Positions 38,401 to 51,596 of a stretch of DNA of 64,000 bases are shown piece by piece. The notes under the pieces are model-generated. The model had not been told where the DNA came from, did no database searches, and saw only the letters and a program-made list of their open reading frames with translations. Origin of the DNA: Vicugna vicugna (lineage: Eukaryota). The stretch is from the NCBI GenBank assembly GCA_013265495.1, contig MU058451.1:1650167-1714166 (forward strand), in the 5' to 3' direction. The stretch's first letter is position 1. Each line of letters opens with the position of its first letter. A program made the translations under genes and the position numbers.

Positions 38401-39764
38401 TTATGCTATATAATAGCAATTGGTTATATTATGAAACTCCATTTTATCTTAGCCATCAGATGCCCACACATTCCTCACCAACATTTTGTTTTGAGAACTT
38501 CACACAATCTGGAATAAATTGATTTCTTCCTCGAGATGAGACTTAGGTTAAACATTTTGTCAAGAATAGTACGTCAGTGATACCATATTCCCAACTATCT
38601 TTCCTGCTTGTCCATTAAAAATCTGTTTTATCCAGTTATTCACAAATGCCTGTTAATTTTACCTTGAATTCACTGGATGTCTACTATGTACTAGGCCTGT
38701 GTTTGGCATTTTTTTTTGGAATTCAATGAAATATCCAATGTTCTTTTATTAATTTATTCAAATTGTTTTTAAATGTCTATAATGTATAGTATTTTTCATT
38801 AGAGACTTAGACTGCAGGATAGTTGATGCAACTATGAACCTCAAATCCTTTAAACACAAAATGAACCATAATTTCTTTAACATGTTTTAAAGACCTCAGG
38901 GAGGAAATATATGTCTATAAAATTGGTAAGAAACAAAAATATTCCAAAAATGTGTGGCCTCAATTCATCTGCTAACCCACATCCAAAAGGAAATAAAAGC
39001 TAAACATTCTACTCTTGTTCTACAGGATTTGGGGGACTTGAAAAGGGTCTCTTCCTCTTTGATTTATGAAAAAACTGATTTCTTTAGTTTAGCAAAAATA
39101 TTTATGAATTTTACAGTAGAAGACTCTAAGCACAGATGGCCAGAAAAACAAAAGAGATGAACATGGAGAGTTTAGTGGAAGGAACTGAAATTGCTAAGCT
39201 GGGAAGGGTTTGTATTTGGTGCCAAATGTAACACAGAAGCAAATGCATCAACGCAGGGACGCGTTTATCAACTTAACACATGCTGGTTGTGTGGCTACAA
39301 CCCACTTGACTGTACTGAGCATCCCTGCTCAGTGGGATTGGCTGGAACCTCTTTATTTGTTTATTTCTGGATGTGAAAATCTGTGCCCAGTGCTCAAAAG
39401 TCCCTCAGGGTATACCAACCATATCAATTACCGAGTAGACACAAAGGACAAAGGAAACAAGACAGCAAATGACAAAAGACCCAGATCCTCTTCCTCTAAG
39501 GTGCTGCTTCCAATCAGCATGGCAGAGCTGAAGATGCACATAAAGGCCAGCCATCTGGCCAAGACTCTGCCCTCAGAGGACACTTCCTGATTTTCTTTTT
39601 TTCCTTGGGTTCATATGAGCAGTGGGGCAGAGAAGGCAAATCACACAGATCCACAGAAACATTCATGGAGGGGAAAAATGGTTCAAATAAAAGAGGCAAA
39701 ATGTTTATAACATGCTGAGCCCTATTTTACTGTGTGGTTGTGTGTGTATTTCTCTTTTTAAACA

Positions 39765-39766
<2 letters not shown>

Positions 39767-39795
<29 letters not shown>
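39767..39795. repeat. (AC)14 microsatellite
   Basis: Perfect AC dinucleotide run. Confidence 0.95.
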
Positions 39796-39796
<1 letters not shown>

Positions 39797-42700
39797 TTAT
39801 ATTCCACAATTTAGTGAGATGACATGCAAAGTAAAACATTTTTTAAAATTACTTCTAAGCCTAATAAAACTGAAATATAATGTTAAACCTCTAAAATCCT
39901 AACTCCTTTGCAGTATAACAAAAATAATAAACTCATCCAGAGGACCCAAGTTTGACCCTTGTATATAGTTTTAAAAAAAGAGAGAAAAAAATGTAGCTAT
40001 ATAAGGTATAAATTTGGCGAGTAAGATCAGATAGAAGCTTAGACTATTCTTGGTCCATATCTTAGAAATGTATTTCATTTACCCAACTTTATAAAACAAG
40101 GTCAAGAGCCATGAACTTGATAGAATTTTTTGCTGGATCTGGCTATTACTCACTTGTATGTTGGCGTGGAATAAAAAGCTCATGCTAAAGTGCCTTGGGG
40201 AGATTCTTTCATCCCCAGAACTGTCAAGGACTAGTGGTACTAGTCCCTGGTTTTCTCGTTTCTTTTTTCCCACTCTTTTCAACCTTACGTGTGGAACTTT
40301 ACAGTCTACCTCATTTTTTTAAAAGGAAATATCTCATTTTCTCAAGATACTGAACTCAATAGTGCAATGCATTCCATTCGAAGTTTGTGTCTCCTTTGTA
40401 GTAGATGGCAGTCCTGGGATCCTTGGGTTAGAATTCTAGCCAAGGAGCAGACAGGCCTAATGCATGGCATTTCTATTATGGTAACTAACATATATTATCT
40501 TCTTCTAGAGAAATCTGCTGAGACTATTATAAGATTACTTGCATTTTTCTAACCTTAGCCTTTGACTCAGGTAATTGGTTAATTATGCAGTGTGATGGAT
40601 GGATTTAGTACGGATTCCCGTCTGATTTCCACACCAAACCCAAAGTCAATGCTATTTCAAGAGTTTGAGAAGAATGACATCTTGAAACAGAAAACAATAA
40701 TTTCCAGTTGTCGTTTTAAAAATGATGCATTCTGCCACCACTCACTGCCAATCTCCACCACTTAAAAAACTTTAGCTCTTAACGAAGGAAAAATTCAAAC
40801 ATATGCAAACACAGTGGGATAGTATAATAACCCCTCACATACTTACTACCCAGATCCAACGCTTATCAACTTTCTACCTCATTTCATCTATATGCCTCAA
40901 CCTGCTCCTTACATCCCTAGATTATTGTTATTTTGTTAGAGTTCTTTTTCCACCACTCTTTTTAATTTACTGCTTGACTGCTTGATATAGTCTCTGGATG
41001 GAGTGGATGCATGTCTTCTACCCTTACAGATAGAAATGTAAGCGCTTTTGTACATACAGAGGTCATGGATTTGTCACAATCTAGCTTCCATAGACATCTG
41101 GTCTGGCAATGCAAATTCTGCCAAAGAGAAGAACAGCAGATAATTCTGAAGACAGTCATTGTTTCCTGTCATTGACCAGTGTTTAGCCTGCCCAGAATTC
41201 CTCCTTCTTCTGGGAGCACAGCTACTTTCTTCTTTGCAGTGCCTATTTCTCCTGGTTCTAATGGAGGCAGCTCTGTCTATGAGCTTATGCTTTGGGAAGA
41301 ATAAATCCAGACAGAGTTACAGGCTCCTTCTATTTCATCCTCCCCCAGCACGAGCCCAGAGGAGGTCAGGGGAGCCAGCCACTTGTGAGAACTGGCAGAA
41401 GAGTAAGGGAGAGAAAGTAAGGAAGCACGCAAGGAGGAAAAGTTAGGAGCTCCAGATATCCATCCTTATATCAAATTGGCAAAACCACCCAATGAGCCCT
41501 GTGTTACTCTTCAAATTTTACAGATAGGAAAACTGACATGCAAAGTGGTTACCCAGCTATTAAATACTATTAAAAACTATTAAATAATGGATGAAGAGTG
41601 TAACTTTAGTTGATCCCCATATGTTCAATCAAACTCATGGCATTCTTTGTAAATAGGCTGTATCATAGAATGATAGAATATATCTAATTTATTTGGATTA
41701 GTGTAAGTGTCTAATTAGGTTTTTTTAATTATAGGAGAGGAACTTTCTCAGCATTGTTTGAAACTGGAATACAGATGTAGATGTTAAATGCTTTTGCTTC
41801 TTAAGAAAAAACTTTCCTCATGGACCCAACTAAGATTGTATTAACCCCACCAAGATCAACCCAGGAACAAGTATTTTCAAGGCAGCTTGACAAGTTTTCA
41901 TACTTGGAGAATTTGAACAAGAACAATCACTCAGTGGGGCACTGCTTGCCACGACTCTCCTGCCTGCTGGGTTTCTGGCTTTTAGGCATTTTGACAATAT
42001 GTAGTCTTTAATTGGCCTTTTTTCAAATGCCGCTTCTCACTTTTGGCATTAATTGCTAATTAATAAAAGCATGAAAATGTCAGTATGTCAGCATTTGAGC
42101 CAACACCTCGATGTAGAGGAATTAGGTAGAAACACAGCGTTTACATTTGGGATAGGCTAAAGGAAAAATATTCAACAGGTCCCAGCATCCTTTCTTTAAA
42201 CTTGCCCTGAGGTGGAAAGTTGACTTTCCTAGAATCCTCAGGGCCTTCCCTTCCCCCAAAGGACTTAAATCAGAAGGTTCTGCACAAGCAAGATGCTGGG
42301 TAACTCTTGCCAAACCCTGCAAGGTACCCACCCGCCACCTGAAGTGGGGGGATGTTTGCTTGACCTCAGCTCATTGTTAAACTTGGGATGCTTTAGGTAC
42401 AAATGTAAATACACAGCTATCACACACGTGAGTGGTCTTGTTATTTCAGTTTCCAGCAACTGGGGTAGGATGGGAGCTTGGCCTTGGATGGGGGAGAAGC
42501 TTTCTCCTGGACTGTGAGACTCAGCCGCTGCCCCAGCCCGGGTTCTCAGAGAGCTCTGTACTGCAGTGATGCACAGGAGCCCTCCGAAGGAAGGGGCCTC
42601 CAGGTGCCCTCTTGTTCCCATTGCAACTGTAAATACGTCCCTTGGGAACTTCATGGAGAAGGGTGAGCTTACAGAGATTTCTCTTCACTGACAGCCGCTA

Positions 42701-43029
42701 AATACCAGCATGTTTCATCTTGGAGAGTTCACAGTAGCAAAACATGGGGGAAGTTCCTTTTCCCACAACTCTTTCTCCCCCTACTTGAAAGCCTCTGTTA
42801 AAGAAAAAAACAAAAACCAAAAACAAACTATGCTTTAAACTGGAAGGCAAGAGCCTAGCGTGTTCTGAATACGGCAGGGGTTCTAAAAGCCTTGATTTGA
42901 AGTGGGCTCCCTCTTAGTATCCGGCTTGGAGCCCACCGCGCCTTCAGACGTCGGCAGGCGGAGACCTGATCACTGTTGCCAAAGGGCAGTGGGTATTGGA
43001 CAAAGAAGAACGTCTCAATTCTCCACTTT

Positions 43030-44190
43030 GCTTTTTTATAATAAATTTATTTGAGAATACTTTCATGGAAAAATTGCAAAGGTAATAGGGACAGTTTCCT
43101 TACACTCCTCACTCAGTTTCCCCTGTTAGATTTGACATCACCAAGTACGAGTGTCAGAACTGAGAAACTAATGCCAAGAAACTAATGTCTTTAACTAAAT
43201 TCCCAACTGTATTTTGATTTTGTTCGCTTTTCCACTAAAGTCCTTTTTCTGTTCCAGTGTCCAATCCGGACACCACGTGGCGTTTAGTCCTCGCGTCTCC
43301 CCAGTCTCCCCGGGTCTGTGAGGTCTCTCAGACTCCTTGTTGTTCATGACCGTGACAGCTTTGAGGAGTACTGCTTAGGTATTTTGCAGCATGTCTCTGA
43401 GTTTGCGTTTGTCTGATGTGTTTCCTCGTGATTAGAGAAATGCATAACCCCGGGTACGCAGTTTTAGAAATAGTATCACGGAAGTGAGGTGCCTTTCTCA
43501 TCCTATTATGTCAGGAGAATCTGAGATGTTTGAAGAGGTACTCGATGTCAGCATGATATCACATGGAGATGTTAACCTTAATCACTTGGTTAAGGTAGTG
43601 TTTGCCAGGCTTTACAATGTACTGTAATTCCCTTTCCACATTCTTCTTTTGAAGCAAGTCGCTAACTCCAGCCCACCTTCAAGGAGGGGAGGGATTGAGC
43701 TCCAGGTCCTGGAGGAAGAGGGAGTATCTATCTATATTTGGGATTCACTTTTAAGGAAGATATTTATTTATTCAATCATTTTTAAATTATTATGGACTCA
43801 TATTTATTTTATATTTTGGATTATACAGTAATTTTTTTTTTGCCCAAATTATCTCGGTTTTGGCCATATGGGCCTTCTTCACAGTGGGTCCTATGTCCTT
43901 TGACAGGCTCCATCCTCTTGTTTTTTGAGCACTTCCTTCATTTCTGGCACTGGAAGACACTCCAAGATCATCTAGTATTTTCCCTGTCCCTGTCTTGAAA
44001 TCAGTCATTTTTCCAAAAAGCTAAGTTCCTTTTATTATGGAATAACGTTTAGAAACCAAGACTGGGCACTGGGTATACTCATTGCTGCTGGGGTTCACTG
44101 CCTAAAAGCCCCGTCAATCCATTTGTATAAATATTAGGATGAATATGATCTTACTGATATCTTTGATTCTAATCCAGGACTGTGAGGTAC
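43030..44190 (-). mobile_element. Old LINE-1 3' UTR (L1MC/L1MD-like)
   Basis: ctcactcagtttcccctgtta; ctttttctgttccagtgtccaatccggacaccac; gatgttaaccttaatcacttggttaaggtagtgtttgccagg; tttagaaaccaagactgggcactggg. Confidence 0.8.
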
Positions 44191-44200
44191 AATTCATGTA

Positions 44201-44564
44201 CAGTTGTCCCTCAGTATCCACAGGGGACTGTCTCCAGAAACTCTCCACCCCCATGGATACCCAAATCCATAGGTGCTCTAGTCTCTTACATAAAATAGTG
44301 TAGTATTCGCATGTAAGCAATATGCATTCTCCGTATACTTTAAATCATCTCTAGATTACCCATAATACTTAACAGAATGTAAATGTTATGTAAATAGTTG
44401 TAAATATAATGTAAATGCTATGTAAATAGTTGTTGGTGCATGGCAAATTCAAGCTTTGCTTTTTGGAACTTTCTGAAATTAAAAAAAATTCTTTTCATCC
44501 ACAATTGGTTGAATCTGAGGTTGAATGTGAGGATGTGGAACACACGGATATGGAGATCTGGCTG
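44201..44564. mobile_element. MER2 TcMar-Tigger MITE with TA target-site duplication
   Basis: Terminal inverted repeats cagttgtccctcagtatcc...ggatatggagatctggctg; TA at 44199-44200 and 44565-44566. Confidence 0.9.
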
Positions 44565-46894
44565 TACTTATTTGCTTAACCCTAGGAATACTTTGCCTTC
44601 TAAAGTGGAGATATAGCTCAGAATAGCGAAGTATAGAACTGAGGTAGTGGTCTGTGTGATTCATGAAAAATGAGACTTTTAATCTCCCCTCCCCCCATGT
44701 ATTGCAAATAAATGCAACTTAAGTACTGTTAAAAATAGTTAAAAATCTGTATTTGTAAAATGCAAAGAATAATCCTGTCTACCTCATGAAATTACTTGTG
44801 AGATTTTTAATGAGACAACACACTTAATGATTTTAGTAAATAGCAAGTTTAGAATAAATACTAGCTATTATGACTACACCTAATAACCCAAACTGTTAGA
44901 ATTCCTTATAAATTTATATTCTGAAATTATAATTTTCTACTCTACGTAAAAGCCTAAGAGCCTCACTTAAAACTAACGGGAAAGGGGCTTTGAGACCAGA
45001 GTGGTAGGGATGACCCCGCTGGCCGACGGGGACAGGGTGAAAACGCTGCCAGTGACGTCCGGGCTCTGCAGCCGTGCTGGCCTTGGCGGATCCGCCAAAT
45101 ATCAGGAGGCCTGAGACGTCTGTGAAACCGAAAGGGAGTCACTAAACAGAAGCTCAGTGAGTGCAGTTCAGGAGTTAGAGGAGCCCTTGGGATCTCAGCC
45201 CAGCCGATGAAGACAGCCCAAGCACAGTTTACTGAAGATAAAAAGAGGGGTCTTATTTTTCTGAGATAGATGGAGGGTCCTGTCTCCCAGTCAGCAGCGT
45301 GTGAATGCAAAGAGCCAAAGACATGAGAAAGATTAAAACATCATCACAGAAGATGGAAAACAAGAGCAGATAGGACCGCAAGCCTCAGACATTGTGTGCC
45401 CTGTGGGTGAGGATACTCAGGCCCGTGGCCAGCAGAGTCTAAAGATGCCGCAGTGTCTGAAGGCCAGTGAGTCCACTGGTCAGCGGTCCACTGCTGTGAG
45501 TGTCTTGTAACAGGCTGACAACTGGGACGAAAAGAAATGCAAGTCTTTTGTTTAGTTTTTACCAGTGAAATGCTGTCCATCACTATGGATGTTCATTTTT
45601 ACATAATCCAAGTCTGAAATAAGGAAACTGAGGTTGCTCTGTTTAACTCCTGTTTAAAATTTGTGTCTGGTTACTAAAGGCCACCAATAAATTTCGTTTT
45701 ACATGAAGCTCATTAATGTCATCAGCTCCATGAATGTAGCCTAATTCCTTGATTCCCCAGTAATAATATGCTGGGGAAAGGAAGTACACTTTTCTGTTCA
45801 TTAGATTTGATGTCCACCCCGAAACCAAGGCCATAACCCACTAATCAGGTTTGGAAAGACGTTCTCCTCTTAATTTATGAGTGAAATGACAGCACGCTAA
45901 TTATATCCTTGCAAGGCTGCCAATGTATGCAAGTAATCAAATACTTGATTCAGGCCTCAGAAGGAAGTTTTAGCAATTCTGGACACATACTAGAAGTAGT
46001 CACTAATATTGGAGCTTTCAAGAGATAAATTCCCATGTTTTTATGCAGCAAAAATATGTGAGTAATGAATATGAATTGTTCTTTCTATGTAAACATATTT
46101 TATCCAGCGAAGAAAATTGCTAATTCAGCTTTTTTGTAGAGGTCAACTCTAAAATGTAAATTTACCTGATGGAGAGTGGATGGGAAGTATAATTTGACCT
46201 CTCACTGATCATTTTATACTCAGCTTTTAGGGACACCTAGTTCCTACCCTGTCCTGAATCTCAAAATTACATAGTCCTTTTTTTTTTTTTTTTTGCTTTT
46301 TCTTCATTGCTTATACTGGGTTTTTCTGACTGCTTAGTCCTACTCTCCTTTGTTTTAATTTTTTTTTTCTGTCTACTGGAATTTCACACTGGCCTCAGCA
46401 TGATTTTTTTCTATAGCATCTCACTTTTAAAAGGTTATTTAGGAAATGAACAATGTACTTACTTATCTCTTGATATTAACATTTTGATATTTAGCATTTC
46501 ATGATTATGAGAGATAATTAATATTTACTCCAGCTTCTGTTATGGAATGTGGCCTCAAAATATTCACAGGGCTGACTTCACTTTGTTTTCAAACCAGTAG
46601 TCAGTGTTAGCAGATGGCAGGATTTTCCCACATTTAGATCCTACTATTGAAAAAATTCACAAAAGCATGAACTTACATTAAGAAATTATACTTTAGTCAA
46701 TGATAACAAAGCAACATTTGTACTGACTTAAAGCATTCTTTCAAATTTTCCATAATTGGACATCATGAAATAAAAGGGGAAAGGAAGAGGCTATCGGGGA
46801 GTCTAGAGAGAGCAGAGGCGTTTGAAGTTATTATTAAAGGACCCCCTTTCCTTTTTTATCACTGTTTTTCCACCCACCACGAAGACACACATTA

Positions 46895-47097
46895 TATACA
46901 ATGAATAATTCATGAGGATGTGACGTGCAGCATGGGGAGTGTAGTCAATAACGTTGTAATAACTTTGCATGGTGACAGATGGTACTTGGACTTAATCATG
47001 GTGATCGTTTCTTAGTGTTTAAAAATATCAAACCACTATGTTGTATAGCTAAAACTAATATGATATTGTAAGTCAATTATAGATCAATTTAAAAAAA
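46895..47097 (+). mobile_element. LINE-1 3' end stub (L1MA/laurasiatherian type)
   Basis: gtagtcaataacgttgtaataactttgcatggtgacagatggtac...aaactaatatgatattgtaagtcaattatagatcaatttaaaaaaa. Confidence 0.8.
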
Positions 47098-47299
47098 TTT
47101 AAGGCATTGTAGTTTTTGCTCCGCCCATCGTTCTTCTGGAGGACAGGTTTTGGTGCGGCGGAATGGTAAGACCACACGTCTACCTGCAGGAGGGGGAAAG
47201 GCTGCCCCGGACATGAGAGGGCCGATAACAAACAGCTGCTTTTTTCCTGAGGATTCTGCAAAACCCTGGAAATTATCTCAGTGGTGAATATTATAGCTG

Positions 47300-47520
47300 T
47301 TAGAAGCATGGTGGCTCTAGCTAGACTGATTGGATTCGAATGCCAGCTCCATCAGTTACAGCTGACTAGTCACTGGGCAAATTACCAAGTCTCTTGGTGC
47401 CTCAGTTTCCTCCTGTTTTATGAGAATAATAGGAGTGCTTATTTTGTGAGGGTGCTATGAGGATTAAATGACTTATATATCTGTAAATGCTTCCAGGAGT
47501 GCCTGGAGTTTTTAAAATGA
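47300..47520 (+). mobile_element. MIR SINE
   Basis: ggattcgaatgccagctcc...ctgggcaaattaccaagtctcttggtgcctcagtttcctc...tatgaggattaaatga. Confidence 0.8.
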
Positions 47521-47769
47521 TATATATCTGTGTTAAATTAAAAAGTACATGAAGTGAAATTTTACTCCTCTCCTAAAAACCTTCTAATTCTTCTCATCTC
47601 ACTCAGAGTAAAACTCCCTTGAATGGTCTGTCCTTTGTGATCTGTCTCCCTTCCTTGTCTGATGTCATTTCTTCTGTTCTAGCACTCAGCTAGATGGCCC
47701 TTTGCATAATGTGCAACTGACTTCTGGCCACGGCATGTGGCCCACCATGATGCATTTCCAGTCTGGCCA

Positions 47770-47859
47770 ATGGTTACCAGCCATGCCAGTTTTAACATTG
47801 AAATCCCACATCCTGGGAAACCTGTCATTCCCAGGCAAATGGGGAGAGTTAGTCACCCT
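47770..47859. mobile_element. hAT-Blackjack MITE fragment (MER94-like)
   Basis: ccagttttaacattgaaatcccacatcctgggaaacc...ccaggcaaatggggagagttagtcaccct. Confidence 0.6.
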
Positions 47860-48069
47860 TCCCTGGCCTGTAAAAAGCTCTTGTAACTCTTCATACTCTC
47901 TTCTACCACCTGCTGGATACCAATGTCCAAGGTGACCTTGAAAGTCACCTATCAAAGATGACAGAGCCACCAACGGCCTTGGGCTTCTGAATGGAGCCAA
48001 ATTATGTGAACAAGATCAATTTCTATTCTGATAAACCATTAAGATTTCATTGCATTAGCTTAACCAATA

Positions 48070-48490
48070 AACTAATTACCATGCTGGTCATTCTGGCCTC
48101 CTTCCTGTTTCCTGAACAAAACAAGCATGCATTGGCCATCACTCTGTTCAGAATACTCTTTCGCAGACATCTGCACAGCTAACTCCTTTATCTCCAACCA
48201 TTCTCTGATTAACTCTTGTTTTCTGTGGCCCTTACTCATCCAGTATATTCAAAATATCAGCCATTACTCCATTCTCCTCCCTTTTTTTTGCCACAATATG
48301 AAAGCCTTCTAATTTATTCTGTATCATTTACCCCCATCCCTTATGGTGATTGTTTATTGCCTATCTTGCCTCCCACCTCAGAATATAAGCTTCACAAGGG
48401 TTGAGAACTTTGTTTCAATGACTGTGTACAGTCTAGAACATTGCCTGGCACATAGTAGGTGCTCAATAACTATTTGCTTAATGAATGAAT
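48070..48490 (+). mobile_element. LINE-2 3' end
   Basis: agaatataagcttcacaaggg...gcctggcacatagtaggtgctcaataactatttgcttaatgaatgaat. Confidence 0.85.
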
Positions 48491-50380
48491 TACTTCAATT
48501 TATTTCATTTTCAGAGTTTATCAAGTTGACAAAAATAAAATTAAAGCTTAAAATGACTTGCCTCCTCAAGAAGTAGCACGTTTCATGAAGCTTCGAAATG
48601 ACAAATCCTTTCATCCATTTCGAGAAGATGATTATGGATTTGAGAAATTAGACATAGAATAATCCTGCTGTTTACTATTTCACAGTAATTTTGGCTCCTG
48701 GTATGCATCCAAGGTTCTCCAAAACAGAGAATCTAAATAGAATATGTCTAAAATCAAATATTTAAGTCTATCGGTGTCTTTGTAATCAGCTTTATTATTT
48801 AGATTCTGCAGTGTCTCAAATCACATGATTTTAACACTATAGCATTAAAGTTGTAGCAATAGCTTGTTACAGGCACTCTGTCTCTTTCAGTTTATTGGTA
48901 CTCATATCAGTGCTTTCAAGTCTTCGTAATTCTGGATGTTTCAAAGAGTGTTAGAGACTTATCCAATATTTACCTTTATAAATTGTAAACTCTTCTGCAA
49001 CTTGGAGGTGTAGTATCCTTGAGCAGGGTGAGGGGGCAACAGACTCAACTGGCTCTCCTGTTACTCCATTATACAAAAAGAAAGGACATATTTGTCATAT
49101 TTTGTTCCTTGCTTAGGGAAGGTATCACGCACCAGTCTTTTATGGCAATAATTAAAATGCAGAGATCCACAGGGCACGGTTTGTGTCTTCTTTTCAACAA
49201 ACAGAACAGGAAGTATCACCTGTTTCTATGAGCACCCTTTTCGGTTGAAGGTTCTAGTTAAGCAAGATTTGGGCTTGGCAGGAATAGCATCCCTGAGTGT
49301 TTGCTCTCAGAGTCCTCAGCGCTTTTTGCATTCAAAGAAGTGTTACCATGGAGAAAGTCCTCCATCCACTAATAAGATTGGTATGATTCTGAAAAAGATT
49401 AAACAAGCCACCATGGTGTAAATCCATTGTTTATTTATATGCCTTTGGGAACAGTCTCAGAACAGCTGTTATCAATGAAGGGTACATATTAAGAGAAGGG
49501 GCCTAATCAGAGATTAGTTTTGAATGACTAGTTACAGAAGACCTAATCTAAAATCTTTCAGAATTAAATTTTTTTATAATTTATTTTGAATTTATTTGCC
49601 TGCGAACTTTCAAAATCAACTCCAAAATTGAATATGTATCCGGTACTGGGCCAAGCGTCAGGATGACATGGTGAGCCAGACTATGCCACCGCAAGGAGCC
49701 TGCAGCCAGCGGTAAGGATGGGGTGAGGAAACAGGAGAGTGTGACTCAGCACCTTCTCACGGTATGAAAGAGAGAAGTACCAAGTACCCTAACCCAGGTT
49801 TGGTTTGCTGGAAGAGACTGGAGATGGCAGTGAGTCTGGTGTGACAGGGACACCGCAGATAGCTCACTGTGGTGGGTGTTTGTCGGGGAGGGAGGGAAGG
49901 AGCTACGAGTGTGGGGCTGGAGATCGGGCTTAAAACGTAGAACACTGCATTGTGCAAAGGAGTTTGAACTCTATTTGAACCTCAGAAAAGCCACTAACAG
50001 AAAAGCTGAGGGGTAAAACTATCAAATGTGTCCTTTAGAAAGTTCACCCTTCTGTAAACAGGTGGAGGAATTTTAAATGGTTAAGGAAACAAAAGCTAAA
50101 ACAGGAAGAGGAGAGACCTATTTGGACAGGCTTTACTTGAAAAGAGTCAATGATGGTTGTGATCCCAAAAGTAAAGTAGGGGCCAAGACATTGGGGAGAA
50201 ATAGAATCAAGTCAACCAGCCTGGGAACAGTGAAATTTTTCATGGAATCAGGTCAGACTTTTAAAATTTTGAATTACTGTTATAACAACTGAAAAGACAT
50301 CCATTCTCTTTGTGTTGGCTTCACATTTCTTTGTCTTGTTAAAAGTCCAATTAGAAGGAACAGAAACCAATTTCTCTATT

Positions 50381-50570
50381 TCAGAGGCTTTCAAATTTTT
50401 AACCGCAACTCACAGTAAGAATTATATTTTACAACGTTAGGTACACATACACAAAAGGGGGACCGAAAAAAATCCGCAGAACAGCAATCAGCCTCATTAC
50501 ATATAATGTACTCTGGTATTTTCTGTCTTGCTGTCATTTTAATTATCTCTTCATGACACAGTACATTTCA
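50381..50570 (+). mobile_element. hAT-Charlie DNA transposon remnant (MER119-like)
   Basis: cagaggctttcaaatttttaaccgcaactcacagtaagaattatattttaca. Confidence 0.45.
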
Positions 50571-51596
50571 CTATCATGAATATAAAAGTTTAACTTAAGT
50601 AATGAGGAATGCTCTGAGGACATTTTCTTCCTTTGAACTCAAGGCTTGACACAGGAAAATATGCTGGAAAAAGTTCTGGACTTTGAAATCAGCCCTGAGT
50701 CCAACCCTGGATTCACAATTTAGTGACTATCATGCCTAAGGCAATACCTGCTCCTTGAGGACATATAGTAATGCTACCAGTCATCATTTATTAAGCACTT
50801 TCTCCGTAGCAGGCATCATACTGATCTACACCAAAAAAAGAAAAAAAAAATACAAAGCAAGATAAAACAAACCCAAAGTAAAGATACAATAGTACCATAG
50901 TAATACCGATTAAAGGACTCCTGTCTTGATTAAATGTAATGAGACCTAGCATAGGATCCAGAGTATAGTAGTTAAAAAAAATGAATGAATGAAAAAAATA
51001 TATATAAGATGAAGCATTTATTAAAACCAAACAGAAACTATTTTATTTCTTACTACACAATTTCAAACATTCAAAAGAACTCACACATGCGCGCGCACAC
51101 ATGGATGTTTAAAAAATTACACTAACAAACCATTAACTCATGGACCCAGCAATCAGCTTAAGAAACTATATATTAGATACACCTCTGAACTGAAGCAAGC
51201 TGTGTGCTCCTCCCCATCTCATTCCCTTCTTTCTCCCTGGAAGTAATCTCTACCCTGACTTTTGTGTCCATCTTCCTCTTTCTTTGCTACATTGTTTTTC
51301 CACATTTATATGAGTTTTAAAAAATATACTGTGTCCTTTAGCATCGTTTAAAGTTACAGACGTGGCATCTCTCTCTGTATTATTTCTGTGACTTGCTTCT
51401 TTCCTCTCAACTGAGCCTGTGATATTCATCCAAGAAGAGATGTATAAAAGGAGCTCATCCACGTTTAGTGTTGGATACCCCATAATTTATTTATGAATGT
51501 GTGGGTTATTTCCAGTTTGTTTGTTTTTTGTATTACAAACAATGCTCCTGAAAGCAATCATGTACAGGCTTCCCAGTACATATACACACGAGTTTC

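Noticed and set aside
39210..39590. 126-aa ORF
   Set aside because: Non-ATG start, no splice context and no homology I can recognise
44607..44625. ggagatatagctcag resembling a tRNA-derived SINE 5' end
   Set aside because: Only ~15 bp match with no B-box or tail; more likely the start of a decayed MIR
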